Shown piece after piece: positions 38,027-47,999 of a DNA stretch of 64,000 nt (positions are counted from its first letter, which is position 1; each line of letters opens with the position of its first letter). Both the position numbers and the translations under genes were made by a program. Under the pieces are notes generated by a model that worked only from the letters and a program-made list of their open reading frames with translations, was not told the DNA's origin and made no database searches. Source of the stretch: SAR202 cluster bacterium. Lineage in GTDB: Bacteria; Chloroflexota; Dehalococcoidia; Lucifugimonadales; VGZY01. The stretch is taken from NCBI GenBank assembly GCA_016872355.1, contig VGZY01000001.1, positions 33,803 to 97,802 on the forward strand. The letters run 5' to 3'.

Positions 38027-39556
38027 TTGTCGGAAGCAGAAAGCAAGCTGATAGGCGATAGGCTCCAGAAGTTGCAGAGCCTTCGAGAGAAGGGCATCGA
38101 ACCCTACCCTACCCGGTACGACCGCTCACACACAACACAGCAAGCCATAGAGCTTCTGAAGCGCGCCGAAATCGAGGATGGCCCCAGGGGCATCGCTCCG
38201 ACAAACGATACACCGGCGCCTGCCCCAATCAAGACTGCGGACGTCTCCATCGCAGGGCGTATCGTGCGCTACCGGAAGATGGGGAAGGCGACCTTCATCG
38301 ACATCCTGGACGCGTCGGGCAAAATCCAGGCGCTGATGCGGCAGGATAACCTACCTGACTCTTATGACACGCTCAAGGACCTGGATATAGGCGACTGGAT
38401 GGGCATCACCGGCCCGGCCATGCGGACCAAGACCGGCGAGGCGACGATCGAAGTGAAGTCGTGGTTGGTGTTGTCGAAGTCGGTGCGACCTTTGCCGGAG
38501 AAGTGGCACGGACTGACCGACACCGAGCAGCGCTTCCGCCAGCGCTACCTGGACCTCATCTCCAACGAAGAGGCGCGCCGGGTAGCCGTCCTGCGTAGCA
38601 AGACGATCTCCGCCCTGCGCCGCTATATGGACGGGCGCGGCTTCATGGAGGTTGAGACGCCGGTGCTGGTGAACGTGCCTACGGGCGGCACGGCCAAGCC
38701 GTTCGTGACGCACTACAACGCGCTGGACAGCGACCTCTATCTGCGCATTGCGACGGAGCTATACCTCAAGCGGCTCATTGTTGGAGGGCTGGAGAAGGTG
38801 TACGAGATCGGCCGCCTCTTCCGCAACGAGGGGCTGGACCTCACGCACAATCCAGAGTTCACGACGATGGAGTCTTACGAGGCCTTCGCGGACTACAACG
38901 ACGTGATGAAGATGGTCGAGGACCTCTACTACACCCTGGCAATGGAAGTGCTGGGGAAGCCGACCGTGGAGATCGACGGCCACACCATCAACTTCACTCC
39001 GCCCTGGCCGCGCATAGACCTTTGCAGCGAGATCCTGAAGCGTAGCGGTATAGACATCCTCTCGCCTCAGCTTGCCGAGGTTGAAGGCCTCAAGGCCGCG
39101 ATGCAGGAGAAGGGATACGACGTCAAAAAGCAGATGAGCTGGGCCGGCATGGTGGACAAGCTCATTTCCCAGGACGTGGAGGCGCACCTTGTGCAGCCGT
39201 CCTTCCTGGTCAACTACCCCGTCCAGACATCGCCGCTTGCCAAGCGCAGGAAAGACAATCCCGCGCTAGTGGAGCGGTTCGAGGGGTTCGTGGTCGGCAT
39301 GGAGATTTGCAACGCTTTCAGCGAGCTTAACGATCCGGTGGACCAGCGGCGGCGGTTCGAGCAGCAGGAGGCGCTGCGGAATGTGTTCAAGGACGAGGAC
39401 ATGGACAGGCTGGACGAGGACTTCCTGGTGGCGATCGAGCACGGAATGCCGCCCACAGGCGGCCTCGGGCTCGGCATCGACCGGATGGTGATGGTTTTCT
39501 CCGGCCACAGGTCTATCCGCGAGGTGGTGCTGTTCCCGCAGATGCGGAACAGATAG
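38027..39556 (+). CDS. lysS: lysine--tRNA ligase (class II)
   Basis: OB-fold N-domain and class II motifs ([38 protein letters not shown]). TTG start at 38027. Confidence 0.95.
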   Translation: MSEAESKLIGDRLQKLQSLREKGIEPYPTRYDRSHTTQQAIELLKRAEIEDGPRGIAPTNDTPAPAPIKTADVSIAGRIVRYRKMGKATFIDILDASGKIQALMRQDNLPDSYDTLKDLDIGDWMGITGPAMRTKTGEATIEVKSWLVLSKSVRPLPEKWHGLTDTEQRFRQRYLDLISNEEARRVAVLRSKTISALRRYMDGRGFMEVETPVLVNVPTGGTAKPFVTHYNALDSDLYLRIATELYLKRLIVGGLEKVYEIGRLFRNEGLDLTHNPEFTTMESYEAFADYNDVMKMVEDLYYTLAMEVLGKPTVEIDGHTINFTPPWPRIDLCSEILKRSGIDILSPQLAEVEGLKAAMQEKGYDVKKQMSWAGMVDKLISQDVEAHLVQPSFLVNYPVQTSPLAKRRKDNPALVERFEGFVVGMEICNAFSELNDPVDQRRRFEQQEALRNVFKDEDMDRLDEDFLVAIEHGMPPTGGLGLGIDRMVMVFSGHRSIREVVLFPQMRNR

Positions 39557-39591
39557 ACAAAGGAGCCCTCGTGCGGGACTATGGACGCTGT

Positions 39592-39745
39592 GTTGCCACC
39601 CTGAGCCTCCCACTACCACCCTGGGCCATCATTGCCAGCTGAGCGCCATCATTGCCCCCTGACCGCCCTCATTGCCACCCTGCGCTAGCACTCAGGGTGG
39701 CAAGGGAAAGGCTCACGGTGGCAAGGGGAGAAATCAGGCCAATGG
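39592..39745. repeat. composite palindrome built from ~17-20-nt CATTGCCACCCTG-type repeats
   Basis: Forward copies: gttgccaccctgagcc, ctaccaccctgggc, catcattgccagctgagcgc, catcattgccccctgaccgcc, ctcattgccaccctgcgc. Centre tagca. Inverted copies: ctcagggtggcaaggg, ctcacggtggcaagggg, tcaggccaatggcgg. Confidence 0.7.
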
Positions 39746-39791
39746 CGGAGTGATGGGCTTCACCCGAATGCCTATTTCAGGTACAAACACA

Positions 39792-39826
39792 GAGGACCCC
39801 GATTGTTCGGGACCCTCTTTTGTTTT
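39792..39826. terminator. hairpin terminator between lysS and ftsH
   Basis: gagg-ac-cccg attgtt cggg-ac-cctc followed by TTTTGTTTT. Confidence 0.65.
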
Positions 39827-39842
39827 GTCCTTGCGCCGCCTA

Positions 39843-41693
39843 CTAGTCCGCGGGGGCGGCCTGGGCAGACGGTATGTCCGGGACCGGTGAGGAAAAGAGC
39901 TTGTCCAGCGCCTCTCCTTCGACAGTCTCGTGCTCCACGAGGTACTTGGCTATCTGCGCCAATTTGCCTTTGTGGGTAATGACGATGTTTTTGGCGGTCT
40001 CATACGCCGCTTGAATGAGCGCGTGTACCTCCTCGTCAATCGTCTCGGCAATCTTGTCGCTATAGTTGGCTTGCTCCGAAATCTCGCGGCCAAGGAAGAC
40101 CAGCTCCTCGCGCTTTCCGAAAGTGAGCGGGCCGAGCTTGGCGCTCATGCCCCACCTGGTGACGGCCGTGCGGGCAAGACCGGTAGCGTTCTCAATGTCG
40201 CTGCCTGCGCCGGTTGTTATCTCGCCGAAGACCGTCTCCTCGGCAACTCTGCCGCCCATAGATACTGAGAGGCGGTCCTTAACCTGGTTCAGAGTCAGCA
40301 GGTGTGTCTCTTCGTCAGGAATAGACTTGGTATACCCGCCCATAGAGCCGCGGGCGACAATGGAGACTTTGACCACGGGCGCGGCGTGGGGGAGCAAATG
40401 CCCCACCAGGGCGTGTCCCGCCTCATGGTAAGCAGTCATTTCCTTTTCCCGTGGCGTTATTACCCTGGACTTCCTCGCCGGTCCCGCCTCGACGCGATCG
40501 ATAGACTCCGCGAAGTCCTCAAACATCACCACGGTGCGCTTCTTGCGCGCGGCCAGAATGGCGGCCTCATTTACCAGATTCGCCAGATCCGCGCCGCTAA
40601 AGCCAGGCGTCTGCTTTGCGATGCGCGACATGTCCACTCCGGCGTCGAGGGGCTTGCCCTTGGAATGTACCTTCAGGATTGCCTCACGCCCCTTTACGTC
40701 CGGGTTGTCCAGCACTACCCTCCGGTCGAAGCGGCCGGGGCGCAGCAGCGCGGGGTCCAGGATGTCCGGCCGGTTGGTGGCGGCCATCACTATTACGTTC
40801 GTGCTGGTGTCAAACCCGTCCATCTCCACCAGTATCTGGTTGAGCGTCTGCTCGCGCTCATCGTGGCCGCCGCCGAGGCCGGCGCCGCGGTGGCGTCCGA
40901 CCGCGTCGATCTCGTCCACGAACACGATGCAGGGCGCGTTGCGCTTGGCCTGGTCAAATAGGTCGCGCACGCGGGAGGCGCCGACGCCGACGAACATTTC
41001 GACGAACTCGGAGCCGCTGATAGAGAAGAAGGGCACGCCAGCCTCCCCGGCCACCGCGCGGGCCAGGAGGGTCTTGCCGGTGCCGGGCGGGCCGACGAGC
41101 AGGACGCCGCGGGGAATGCGCGCGCCCAGCGTAAGGAACCGCTCCGGGAACTTCAGGAACTCCACCACCTCTTCAAGCTCTTCCTTGGCCTCATCCGCGC
41201 CGGCCACGTCGTTGAAGCTGACGGCCGGCTGGTTGCCGACGAGCATCCTGGCGCGGCTGCGCCCGAAGCTAAAGGTCTGGCTGGTGTTCCCCTGGGCCTG
41301 GCGCATCATGAAAAGGAGCACAGCGCCAAAGAATATCAGGGGCAGGAAATTCAGGAGAATGGTAAAGACGCTGCCGAGGCCGCTGGAGCCCTTCACAGCA
41401 ATTTCGATGTTGCTGGCAGCCGGGTCAACGTTCGCCCTCTGAAGAGTCTCGAGGACGCTTGAACCCTGTTCCTTGCGCGAAGTAAGCTTGTCCTGCCTGG
41501 TCGTGGTGATAGTCAGCTTGTCGCCACGCACTTCAATGGACGATATCTCGCCGTTCCGGGCCATTGCTATGACCTGGTTAATGGCGATCTCCTCGGACCC
41601 GCCGACGTCCGAAAAGAGAGTGAAGCATGTTGCGATAACGGCTACCACGATCAAAAGGTATATGAAGCCATTACGCATCCATCTGGAGTTCAT
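39843..41693 (-). CDS. ftsH: ATP-dependent zinc metalloprotease FtsH
   Basis: Two N-terminal TM segments. AAA+ Walker [24 protein letters not shown], Walker [13 protein letters not shown], zinc site HEAGHAL. Confidence 0.97.
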   Translation of the reverse strand: MNSRWMRNGFIYLLIVVAVIATCFTLFSDVGGSEEIAINQVIAMARNGEISSIEVRGDKLTITTTRQDKLTSRKEQGSSVLETLQRANVDPAASNIEIAVKGSSGLGSVFTILLNFLPLIFFGAVLLFMMRQAQGNTSQTFSFGRSRARMLVGNQPAVSFNDVAGADEAKEELEEVVEFLKFPERFLTLGARIPRGVLLVGPPGTGKTLLARAVAGEAGVPFFSISGSEFVEMFVGVGASRVRDLFDQAKRNAPCIVFVDEIDAVGRHRGAGLGGGHDEREQTLNQILVEMDGFDTSTNVIVMAATNRPDILDPALLRPGRFDRRVVLDNPDVKGREAILKVHSKGKPLDAGVDMSRIAKQTPGFSGADLANLVNEAAILAARKKRTVVMFEDFAESIDRVEAGPARKSRVITPREKEMTAYHEAGHALVGHLLPHAAPVVKVSIVARGSMGGYTKSIPDEETHLLTLNQVKDRLSVSMGGRVAEETVFGEITTGAGSDIENATGLARTAVTRWGMSAKLGPLTFGKREELVFLGREISEQANYSDKIAETIDEEVHALIQAAYETAKNIVITHKGKLAQIAKYLVEHETVEGEALDKLFSSPVPDIPSAQAAPAD

Positions 41694-41987
41694 TCCACCT
41701 CCGGGGCAATACCACTCTAGTGACAGGGACTCCCCGACACTACTAACACAATCTTACCTTAATCTATACACCAAAGCAAAGAACAAAGCGATAGTTTCGA
41801 AGTACAAGCAGGTACCTACGCAGACTGATGCAGCCTCTAATTCAATCCTTGCCGAGCGGGCGTTATTCTGTCGGCTGATGGGACCAGTCAACCCTCTCGC
41901 GGCACGAAGATAGACCCTTGAGTCGTGGAGATATAATTGGCCGGAGACGGGTACACGAGCCGGCGCTCGACCCACACTACGACAGGC

Positions 41988-42398
41988 ATGGCAAAGACTA
42001 TGGCAAAACCAGCGGCATCAGGCAGGTCGGCTTTGCTCGTCTGCGATTCTCCGGAGCTATCCACTGAGCTCATCGCAGTCCTTTCCGACAACGGCTACCG
42101 GGTCACCCAGATCGATGACATCAAACTCATGCCGGCCCATGTGGGGAAGGGCGGCCACCATGTGATGGTGCTGACGCAGCCGTTCGAGGGAATGAGCTGG
42201 CACAGGACGATAAAGGCTGCAAAGAGCATGGCGCCGGGATGCAGCGTTATGGTTATGGCCTCGCACGTGACCGAAATGGACATTCGCGACGCGCTCAGCG
42301 CAGGCTCGTTCATATCTCTCAGCCGCCCCATCGCAAGCAGCGATTTCGCGACCCTCGTTTCCCAGAGCAAGAACGGGCTGTTCGTCGCACTCAGATAG
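41988..42398 (+). CDS. stand-alone pseudo-receiver (REC-like) domain protein
   Basis: ALLVCDSPELSTELIAVLSDNGYRVTQI...HHVMVLTQPFEGMS...VMVMASHVTEMDIRDALSAGSFISLSRP follows the (beta-alpha)5 receiver layout. The phospho-acceptor position reads VLTQP instead of the usual Asp. Confidence 0.55.
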   Translation: MAKTMAKPAASGRSALLVCDSPELSTELIAVLSDNGYRVTQIDDIKLMPAHVGKGGHHVMVLTQPFEGMSWHRTIKAAKSMAPGCSVMVMASHVTEMDIRDALSAGSFISLSRPIASSDFATLVSQSKNGLFVALR

Positions 42399-42636
42399 CA
42401 GTCTCCACTCACAATCACATTTCATCCGAATGTCCGCACAGTTCGCGCCCGAGGCAAGTGGGCTTCCCCAGGCCACTTACGAGCAACCCCCTACTCCATG
42501 GGTGCCAGCACCGTTCCGCGTTGCGTATGGCCTACAACAGCGCCATTGGTAACTGTATCGTGGCCCGCTTCACCTCCCTCTGGTAACGTTTTAGATGAGG
42601 CGAAACCATCTGCGCAAGGCCGAAAGGAGGGCGGGT

Positions 42637-43686
42637 ATGCAAGCAAGCCGTCTGCGGAAGCCGCTGTCTACAGTCGAGCGCTCAATTAACGTGGACCAGC
42701 TTGACCTTTACCGGCTGCTCGTCTTCCACACAGTTGTGAACGAAGGGACGATGGCGAAGGCGAGCGAGAGGCTATACATTACGCAGCCTGCCATTTCCGC
42801 CCACATCAAAGCCCTTGAAGACGGCCTTGGCGTGGCGCTGTTCAACAAGGTCGGGCGCAAGTCAGTTGTAAACGGCGCCGGAGAAGTGCTTTACGACAAG
42901 GCGCAAGAGCTGCTGAGCGTCGCGGACGACCTGCGGTCCACCATGGAGAAACTTCGCGGCATTACCACGGGCCGTCTGGTGCTCGGGGCGAGCGTCGTGT
43001 GGCAGTACCACCTGCCCAGGGCGCTGGAGCGCTTTAAAAGAGAGTACCCGCACATTGAGGTGACGGTCCAGATCGCCAATTCGGACCTTATCGAGAAGAT
43101 GGTCGTTGACCGATCGGTCGACATGGGGTTCATCGCCAGGACCAGCTCGCGGGCCGATGTGGTGGGACAGCATGTTACAGGCGACGAGCTGGTAATAGTC
43201 TGCGGCAAGGGGCATCCGTTTGCTTTCGAGAGCCTGGTAGAACCCGCCGAGTTGAACGGCGAGCCGCTAATCATCCGAGAGGCAGGGTCTGCCACGCGCG
43301 CGGCCACAGACGCCCTCTTGAACAGGCTGTACATCAGCGGCGACGTCTCCATGGAGCTCGGCAGCCTTGAGGCGGTCAAACAGGTAGCCATGTCGGGCCA
43401 CGGACTCGGCTTCGTCTCCAGAGCCTCAACAACCACTGAGGTGCGCCTGGGCTTGCTGTCGATTGTATCCGGGGCGCAGCTTTCGGAACCCATGGACCTG
43501 CATATCATCTACCACAAGCAGAAGCGCCTCACCCTTCTCCAGAGCGCTTTCCTGGCCTTGATATCCTCGCGCGGCGTACTGCCGGAAACGAAACCGCGTC
43601 TGATCGCCTTCGACGCCGGTTCGGTCGAGAGCCAGCGATACCTGGACGTGATCCGGCGGGAGCCGGCTGTGAAGGTCCTCAACTAG
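42637..43686 (+). CDS. LysR-family transcriptional regulator
   Basis: LYRLLVFHTVVNEGTMAKASERLYITQPAISAHIKALEDGLGVALFNKVGR is a LysR wHTH, with a substrate-binding domain after it. AGGAGG RBS before the ATG at 42637. Confidence 0.9.
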   Translation: MQASRLRKPLSTVERSINVDQLDLYRLLVFHTVVNEGTMAKASERLYITQPAISAHIKALEDGLGVALFNKVGRKSVVNGAGEVLYDKAQELLSVADDLRSTMEKLRGITTGRLVLGASVVWQYHLPRALERFKREYPHIEVTVQIANSDLIEKMVVDRSVDMGFIARTSSRADVVGQHVTGDELVIVCGKGHPFAFESLVEPAELNGEPLIIREAGSATRAATDALLNRLYISGDVSMELGSLEAVKQVAMSGHGLGFVSRASTTTEVRLGLLSIVSGAQLSEPMDLHIIYHKQKRLTLLQSAFLALISSRGVLPETKPRLIAFDAGSVESQRYLDVIRREPAVKVLN

Positions 43687-43888
43687 ACATCCCTACCCTC
43701 TCCTGGCGGGCTTCGGCGGTGGCATTCGGGGGAACTGCCGCCGCCGGGGCCTGCGTATTGGCAGTCAGTCTTCCGGGTCTTGGATTGGCCGACTGCTAAC
43801 TGCCAACTGCTGACTGCCGTCCCCTTGACACCCCTGCCTCCGCTGCCTAGAATCCGCCGCGAGACGGATATCGGTCCAGGGAGGCCAC

Positions 43889-44862
43889 ATGCGCGTACTG
43901 GTTACAGGCGTTACCGGGAGCATTGGCGCTAATCTTGCTGCTGCCCTTGTAAAGGAGGGCCATTCAGTGCGCGGTCTCGTTTGGCAGCGGGACCCTCGCG
44001 TGGAGAAGCTCAGACCGCTCAACTTTGAGCTTGTCAACGGGACCGTAACGAACGTTGAAGATGTCAAGCGAGCCGTAGACGGCGTGGATGCGGTGTATCA
44101 TCTTGCTGCGGCCTTCCAGGGCGGCGGGCCGTTTACCACCGAAGAGTACTTCGAGATCAACGTTCGCGGTGTCTTCAACATGCTGGAGGCCGCAAAGGCG
44201 AATCCGAAGCTCAAGCACTTCATCATGGCCAGCACTGACTCCGTCTACGCCAAGAGCGCGCCGGGCGGCATGTCGGAGCTGGTGCACAGGACCGCACCCC
44301 GAAGTCGTTGGGTGGCTGGTACGGCCTTTCAAAAATCATGGGCGAGAACATGGTCGTGGGTTACCACAACGCAAGCAAAATGCCTGCGACAGTCATCCGC
44401 TTCCCCAACACCGTCGGCGCAGGAGAATTTCTCAAGTTCGCCGGCTTCTACATGAGCTCCTACAAGACCCGGCCGGAGATAACCCCGCTGTGGGATGGCA
44501 AAGAGAAGCTGGTGCTCATCACCGACGAGAATGGCCGTCCCTGGAAGAAGCACATGGGGGACGTGCGCGACGTTGTGCACGGCCTCGTATGCGCGCTCGG
44601 GAAGGAGCCGGCGTTCGGTCAGATCATCCAGCTTGGCGGACCGAAGGCGTTCACCTGGGACGAGGTGGTGCCGCACCTTTCGAAGCGGACCGGCATCCCG
44701 TACGTGACCGTGGCCTTCAAGGGCACCCCTTCCTGCTACGAGTTCGACCTGACAAAGGCGCGCACCCTGATCGGCTTCAAGCTTCAATACGACGGCGTCC
44801 GAATGATCGACGATGCGCTGGCATTCTCGAAGGGCCAGGACATAGGCGTCGTGCCGACGTAG
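43889..44862 (+). pseudogene. NAD-dependent epimerase/dehydratase (extended SDR), frameshifted paralogue
   Basis: VLVTGVTGSIGANLAAAL (GxxGxxG). The frame breaks near 44286-44292. The continuation DRTPKSLGGWYGLSKIMGE carries YxxxK and aligns with TAKTLTGWYGLSKAMVE of the intact paralogue downstream. Confidence 0.8.
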
Positions 44863-44956
44863 GTTGGGCCCACTCCCGACGCAGCCTCCGCCGGGGTGCG
44901 GGGTACAGGGTACGGGGTACAGTAACGCCGCAGCAGCCAGAATAACGGAGTCTTAA

Positions 44957-45928
44957 ATGCGCATACTTGTCACCGGCGTCACAGGCCGCATAGGGTCTAA
45001 CCTTGCCGCCGCGCTTGTTCAGGAAGGTCACCAGGTGCGCGGCCTTGTATGGCCGCGCGACCCCCGCACGGAGAAGCTCAGGCCGCTTGGACTGGAGCTG
45101 CTGGAAGGGACGATCACCAGCCCGGAGGACTGCAAGCGCTCTGTAGACGGCGTGGACGCCGTCTACCACCTCGCGGCGGCGTTCCAGGGCGGCGGTCCGT
45201 TCACCGTGGAGGAGTACTTCGATATCAACGTCCGCGGCACCTTCAACATGCTGGAGGCCGTGCGCCCCATCGCAAACCTGAAGCACTTCGTCGTCGCCAG
45301 CACGGACGCGGTGCTGGCCAAGTACCCGCCCGGCGGGATGAAGGGACCGGTCACGGAGAGCACGGCCAAGACGCTCACCGGCTGGTACGGCCTCTCCAAG
45401 GCAATGGTTGAGGAGATGGTCATCGGCTATTTCCGGACATACAAGACACCGACGACTGTGCTGCGCTTCCCGTACACCGTTGGGCCGGGCGAGTTCCTGA
45501 AGTTCGGCTCATTCTACCTGAGCAGCTACAAGGCGCGGCCCGAGGCCGCGCACCTGTGGGACGGCAAGGAGAAGCTTCTTATCATTTCGGACGAGAACGG
45601 GCGGCCATGGAAGAAGCACATGGCGAGCGTGCCCGACATCATCCACGGATGTATGTGCGTGCTCGGCAAAACGGCTGCGGCAGGCGAGCTCTTCCAGATC
45701 GGCGCGCCGTCGGCGTTCTCCTGGGACGACATAGTCCCCTACATCTCGAAGCGCATCGAGATGCCGTACGTTTCGGCGTCGATCAAGACAACGCCTACTT
45801 ACTACGAGTTCGACCTTACGAAGGCGCGCACCATCCTGGGCTTCAAGCCGCAACACGACGCGCGCAGGATGATCGACGAGGACATCGCGTACAACAAGGG
45901 CCAGAGTATCGGCGTCATACCGGTGTAG
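44957..45928 (+). CDS. NAD-dependent epimerase/dehydratase (extended SDR)
   Basis: ILVTGVTGRIGSNLAAAL and YGLSK. 323 aa. A close paralogue of the preceding gene. Confidence 0.85.
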   Translation: MRILVTGVTGRIGSNLAAALVQEGHQVRGLVWPRDPRTEKLRPLGLELLEGTITSPEDCKRSVDGVDAVYHLAAAFQGGGPFTVEEYFDINVRGTFNMLEAVRPIANLKHFVVASTDAVLAKYPPGGMKGPVTESTAKTLTGWYGLSKAMVEEMVIGYFRTYKTPTTVLRFPYTVGPGEFLKFGSFYLSSYKARPEAAHLWDGKEKLLIISDENGRPWKKHMASVPDIIHGCMCVLGKTAAAGELFQIGAPSAFSWDDIVPYISKRIEMPYVSASIKTTPTYYEFDLTKARTILGFKPQHDARRMIDEDIAYNKGQSIGVIPV

Positions 45929-46008
45929 AGGCGCTCAACTTGACGCGCCATCCGCCCGGCACTACGCTAATCTCGGCGCATGCGCCGAAAACGATACAAG
46001 GAACCTTC

Positions 46009-46803
46009 ATGCAAGTATCTTCCCTACCCAAACACGCCAGAGAGGTTCGCGCGCTTATCCGCAAGGGCGAGCTCGTGCAGCCGACCTCCGGAATTGCGCC
46101 GGGCCATGTCCAGACCAACCTTGCGATACTCCCGAAGGACCTGGCTTTCGACTTCCTTCTCTTTTGCCAACGCAATCCCAAGCCCTGTCCACTGATAGAG
46201 GTTGTCGAGGCCGGGAATACCGAGCCGAAGCAGACCGCCCCGGGGGCAGACCTGCGGACGGACACCGCCAAGTACAGGATATTCCGGCACGGAAAGCTGG
46301 TTGAAGAGGTCACAGACCTGTCGGACTACTGGCGCGATGACCTCGTTTCGTTTCTGCTGGGGTGCAGCTTCTCGTTCGAGAACGCGCTCATCAATGCAGG
46401 CATTTCACTACGCCATGTGGAGCAGAACAAGAACGTCGCGATGTTCTACACGAACATTCAGACCGTGCCGGCCGGGGTTTTCTCCGGCCCGATGGTAGTT
46501 ACGATGCGGCCGATTCCGAGGGACAAGATTGTAAAGGCCGTTCAGGTGACGAGCCGCTTCCCGGGCGTGCACGGCGCCCCCATACATATCGGTGACCCGG
46601 CGGCGATCGGCATCAAGGACGTTACGAAGTCTGACCTGGGCGATTCTATCGAAATCCGCGATGGAGAAGTTCCCGTCTTCTGGGCGTGCGGCGTAACACC
46701 GCAAGCGGTGGCTATGAAGTCCAAGCCGCCGCTCATGATCACGCATTCGCCCGGATACATGTTCATCACGGACCTGAAGGACGAAGACGTCTCGGTCCTT
46801 TAG
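46009..46803 (+). CDS. UPF0317/DUF1445 putative hydro-lyase (D-glutamate-cyclase C-terminal-domain homologue)
   Basis: RALIRKGELVQPTSGIAPGHVQTNLAILPKDLAFDFLLFCQRNPKPCPLIEV matches the UPF0317 signature as I remember it. ATG at 46009; the longer ORF-track start overlaps the epimerase. Confidence 0.75.
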   Translation: MQVSSLPKHAREVRALIRKGELVQPTSGIAPGHVQTNLAILPKDLAFDFLLFCQRNPKPCPLIEVVEAGNTEPKQTAPGADLRTDTAKYRIFRHGKLVEEVTDLSDYWRDDLVSFLLGCSFSFENALINAGISLRHVEQNKNVAMFYTNIQTVPAGVFSGPMVVTMRPIPRDKIVKAVQVTSRFPGVHGAPIHIGDPAAIGIKDVTKSDLGDSIEIRDGEVPVFWACGVTPQAVAMKSKPPLMITHSPGYMFITDLKDEDVSVL

Positions 46804-46904
46804 CGCTGCCAGACTCTATCCAGTCGGAAATGCATCTGGGCCCCGATGGATCGGGACCCTCTTTGTTACATCCAGTCCGCCAAATTCAGTTTACGGAGCC
46901 AACT

Positions 46905-47804
46905 ATGACCCTCAATACGATCGAAGACATCATCCTGGACCGCGACAAGCGCGGCGTCGCGCCTCTGAGAGCTCACCTGCCGAATGGCTACACTGAGGAG
47001 GCGGCGAAGCTCATTCTGGACCATCCCGGCACGGCGGTGATCGTGACCGGCTTCTACATCCTGACCGCGCAGGCGCCGGAGACGGACGGCCCGCCGGGGG
47101 CTATCGCCATCGGCAACGCTCTGCAATCGCTCGGCTACAAGGTCGTCTACGTCACGGACAAGCACTCGCACGCGCTTATGACCGGCCTGCTGGGCAAGAA
47201 GGCGGAGGTCATCGAGTTCCCGATTGCCGGCCACGAGGAGAGCAAGAAGTTCGCGGCGAAGGTCGTGAAGGACCTGAAGCCCTCGATACTCATCTCCATT
47301 GAGCGGTGCGGTCTCACGAAGGACGGCGTGTTCCTGAACATGCGCGGGCGGGACATCTCCGAGTTCAACGCCAAGATCGATTACCTCTTCTCCGACTTCC
47401 CTCACTCGGTCGGCATCGGCGACGGCGGCAACGAGATAGGCATGGGCAACCTGGCAAAAGAGATCCCCGGGTACCCTTTCATGCCCTCCAGCCCCTGCGT
47501 GACGAAGGTCTCGAAGCTCATCGTCACGAGCGTCTCCAACTGGGGAGGGTACGGCCTCGTGACGGCGATATCGCGGTTAAAGAAGAAGAACCTTCTCATC
47601 TCCTTGAAAGACGAAGAAGACCTGGTCAAGAAGTGCGTTGAGCTGGGCGCAGTAGACGGGCCGGGCGCCACGCGCGTGAACCAGGTGGACGGATTCACAC
47701 TGGAGGAGAACAGCCTCACCGTCAAACGCCTTCACGAGCTCCTGACGAAGGAAGGAATCCGGTATAGCGGCCACGGATCTATCCGCAGATTACGCAGATT
47801 TTGA
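46905..47804 (+). CDS. DUF4392-family protein (D-glutamate-cyclase N-terminal-domain homologue)
   Basis: VIVTGFYILTAQAPETDGPPGAIAIGNAL and IGDGGNEIGMGN resemble DUF4392. The last codons (GSIRRLRRF) and the stop lie inside a dispersed repeat. Confidence 0.65.
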   Translation: MTLNTIEDIILDRDKRGVAPLRAHLPNGYTEEAAKLILDHPGTAVIVTGFYILTAQAPETDGPPGAIAIGNALQSLGYKVVYVTDKHSHALMTGLLGKKAEVIEFPIAGHEESKKFAAKVVKDLKPSILISIERCGLTKDGVFLNMRGRDISEFNAKIDYLFSDFPHSVGIGDGGNEIGMGNLAKEIPGYPFMPSSPCVTKVSKLIVTSVSNWGGYGLVTAISRLKKKNLLISLKDEEDLVKKCVELGAVDGPGATRVNQVDGFTLEENSLTVKRLHELLTKEGIRYSGHGSIRRLRRF

Positions 47805-47906
47805 GAGCGCGGTAGTCTGATTCAACGGGCATTGTTGCACGTTATTGTAGGGGCGTTCTATGAACGCCCCTGCGTGTTGGCCGGCAAATGAGCATGAGGA
47901 TGTTCG

Positions 47907-47936
47907 TTGACAACGAAGACGCCGTCTGGATATTAT
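47907..47936 (+). promoter_or_regulatory. candidate sigma-70 promoter upstream of the Fic gene
   Basis: TTGACA (47907-47912), 18-nt spacer, TATTAT (47931-47936), in an AT-rich patch. Followed by two TTACTATC direct repeats. Confidence 0.45.
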
Positions 47937-47999
47937 TGTTACTATCTTCCTGATATTATTCTTACTATCATGCTGCCCACATTCGCCGTTACGGACTCC

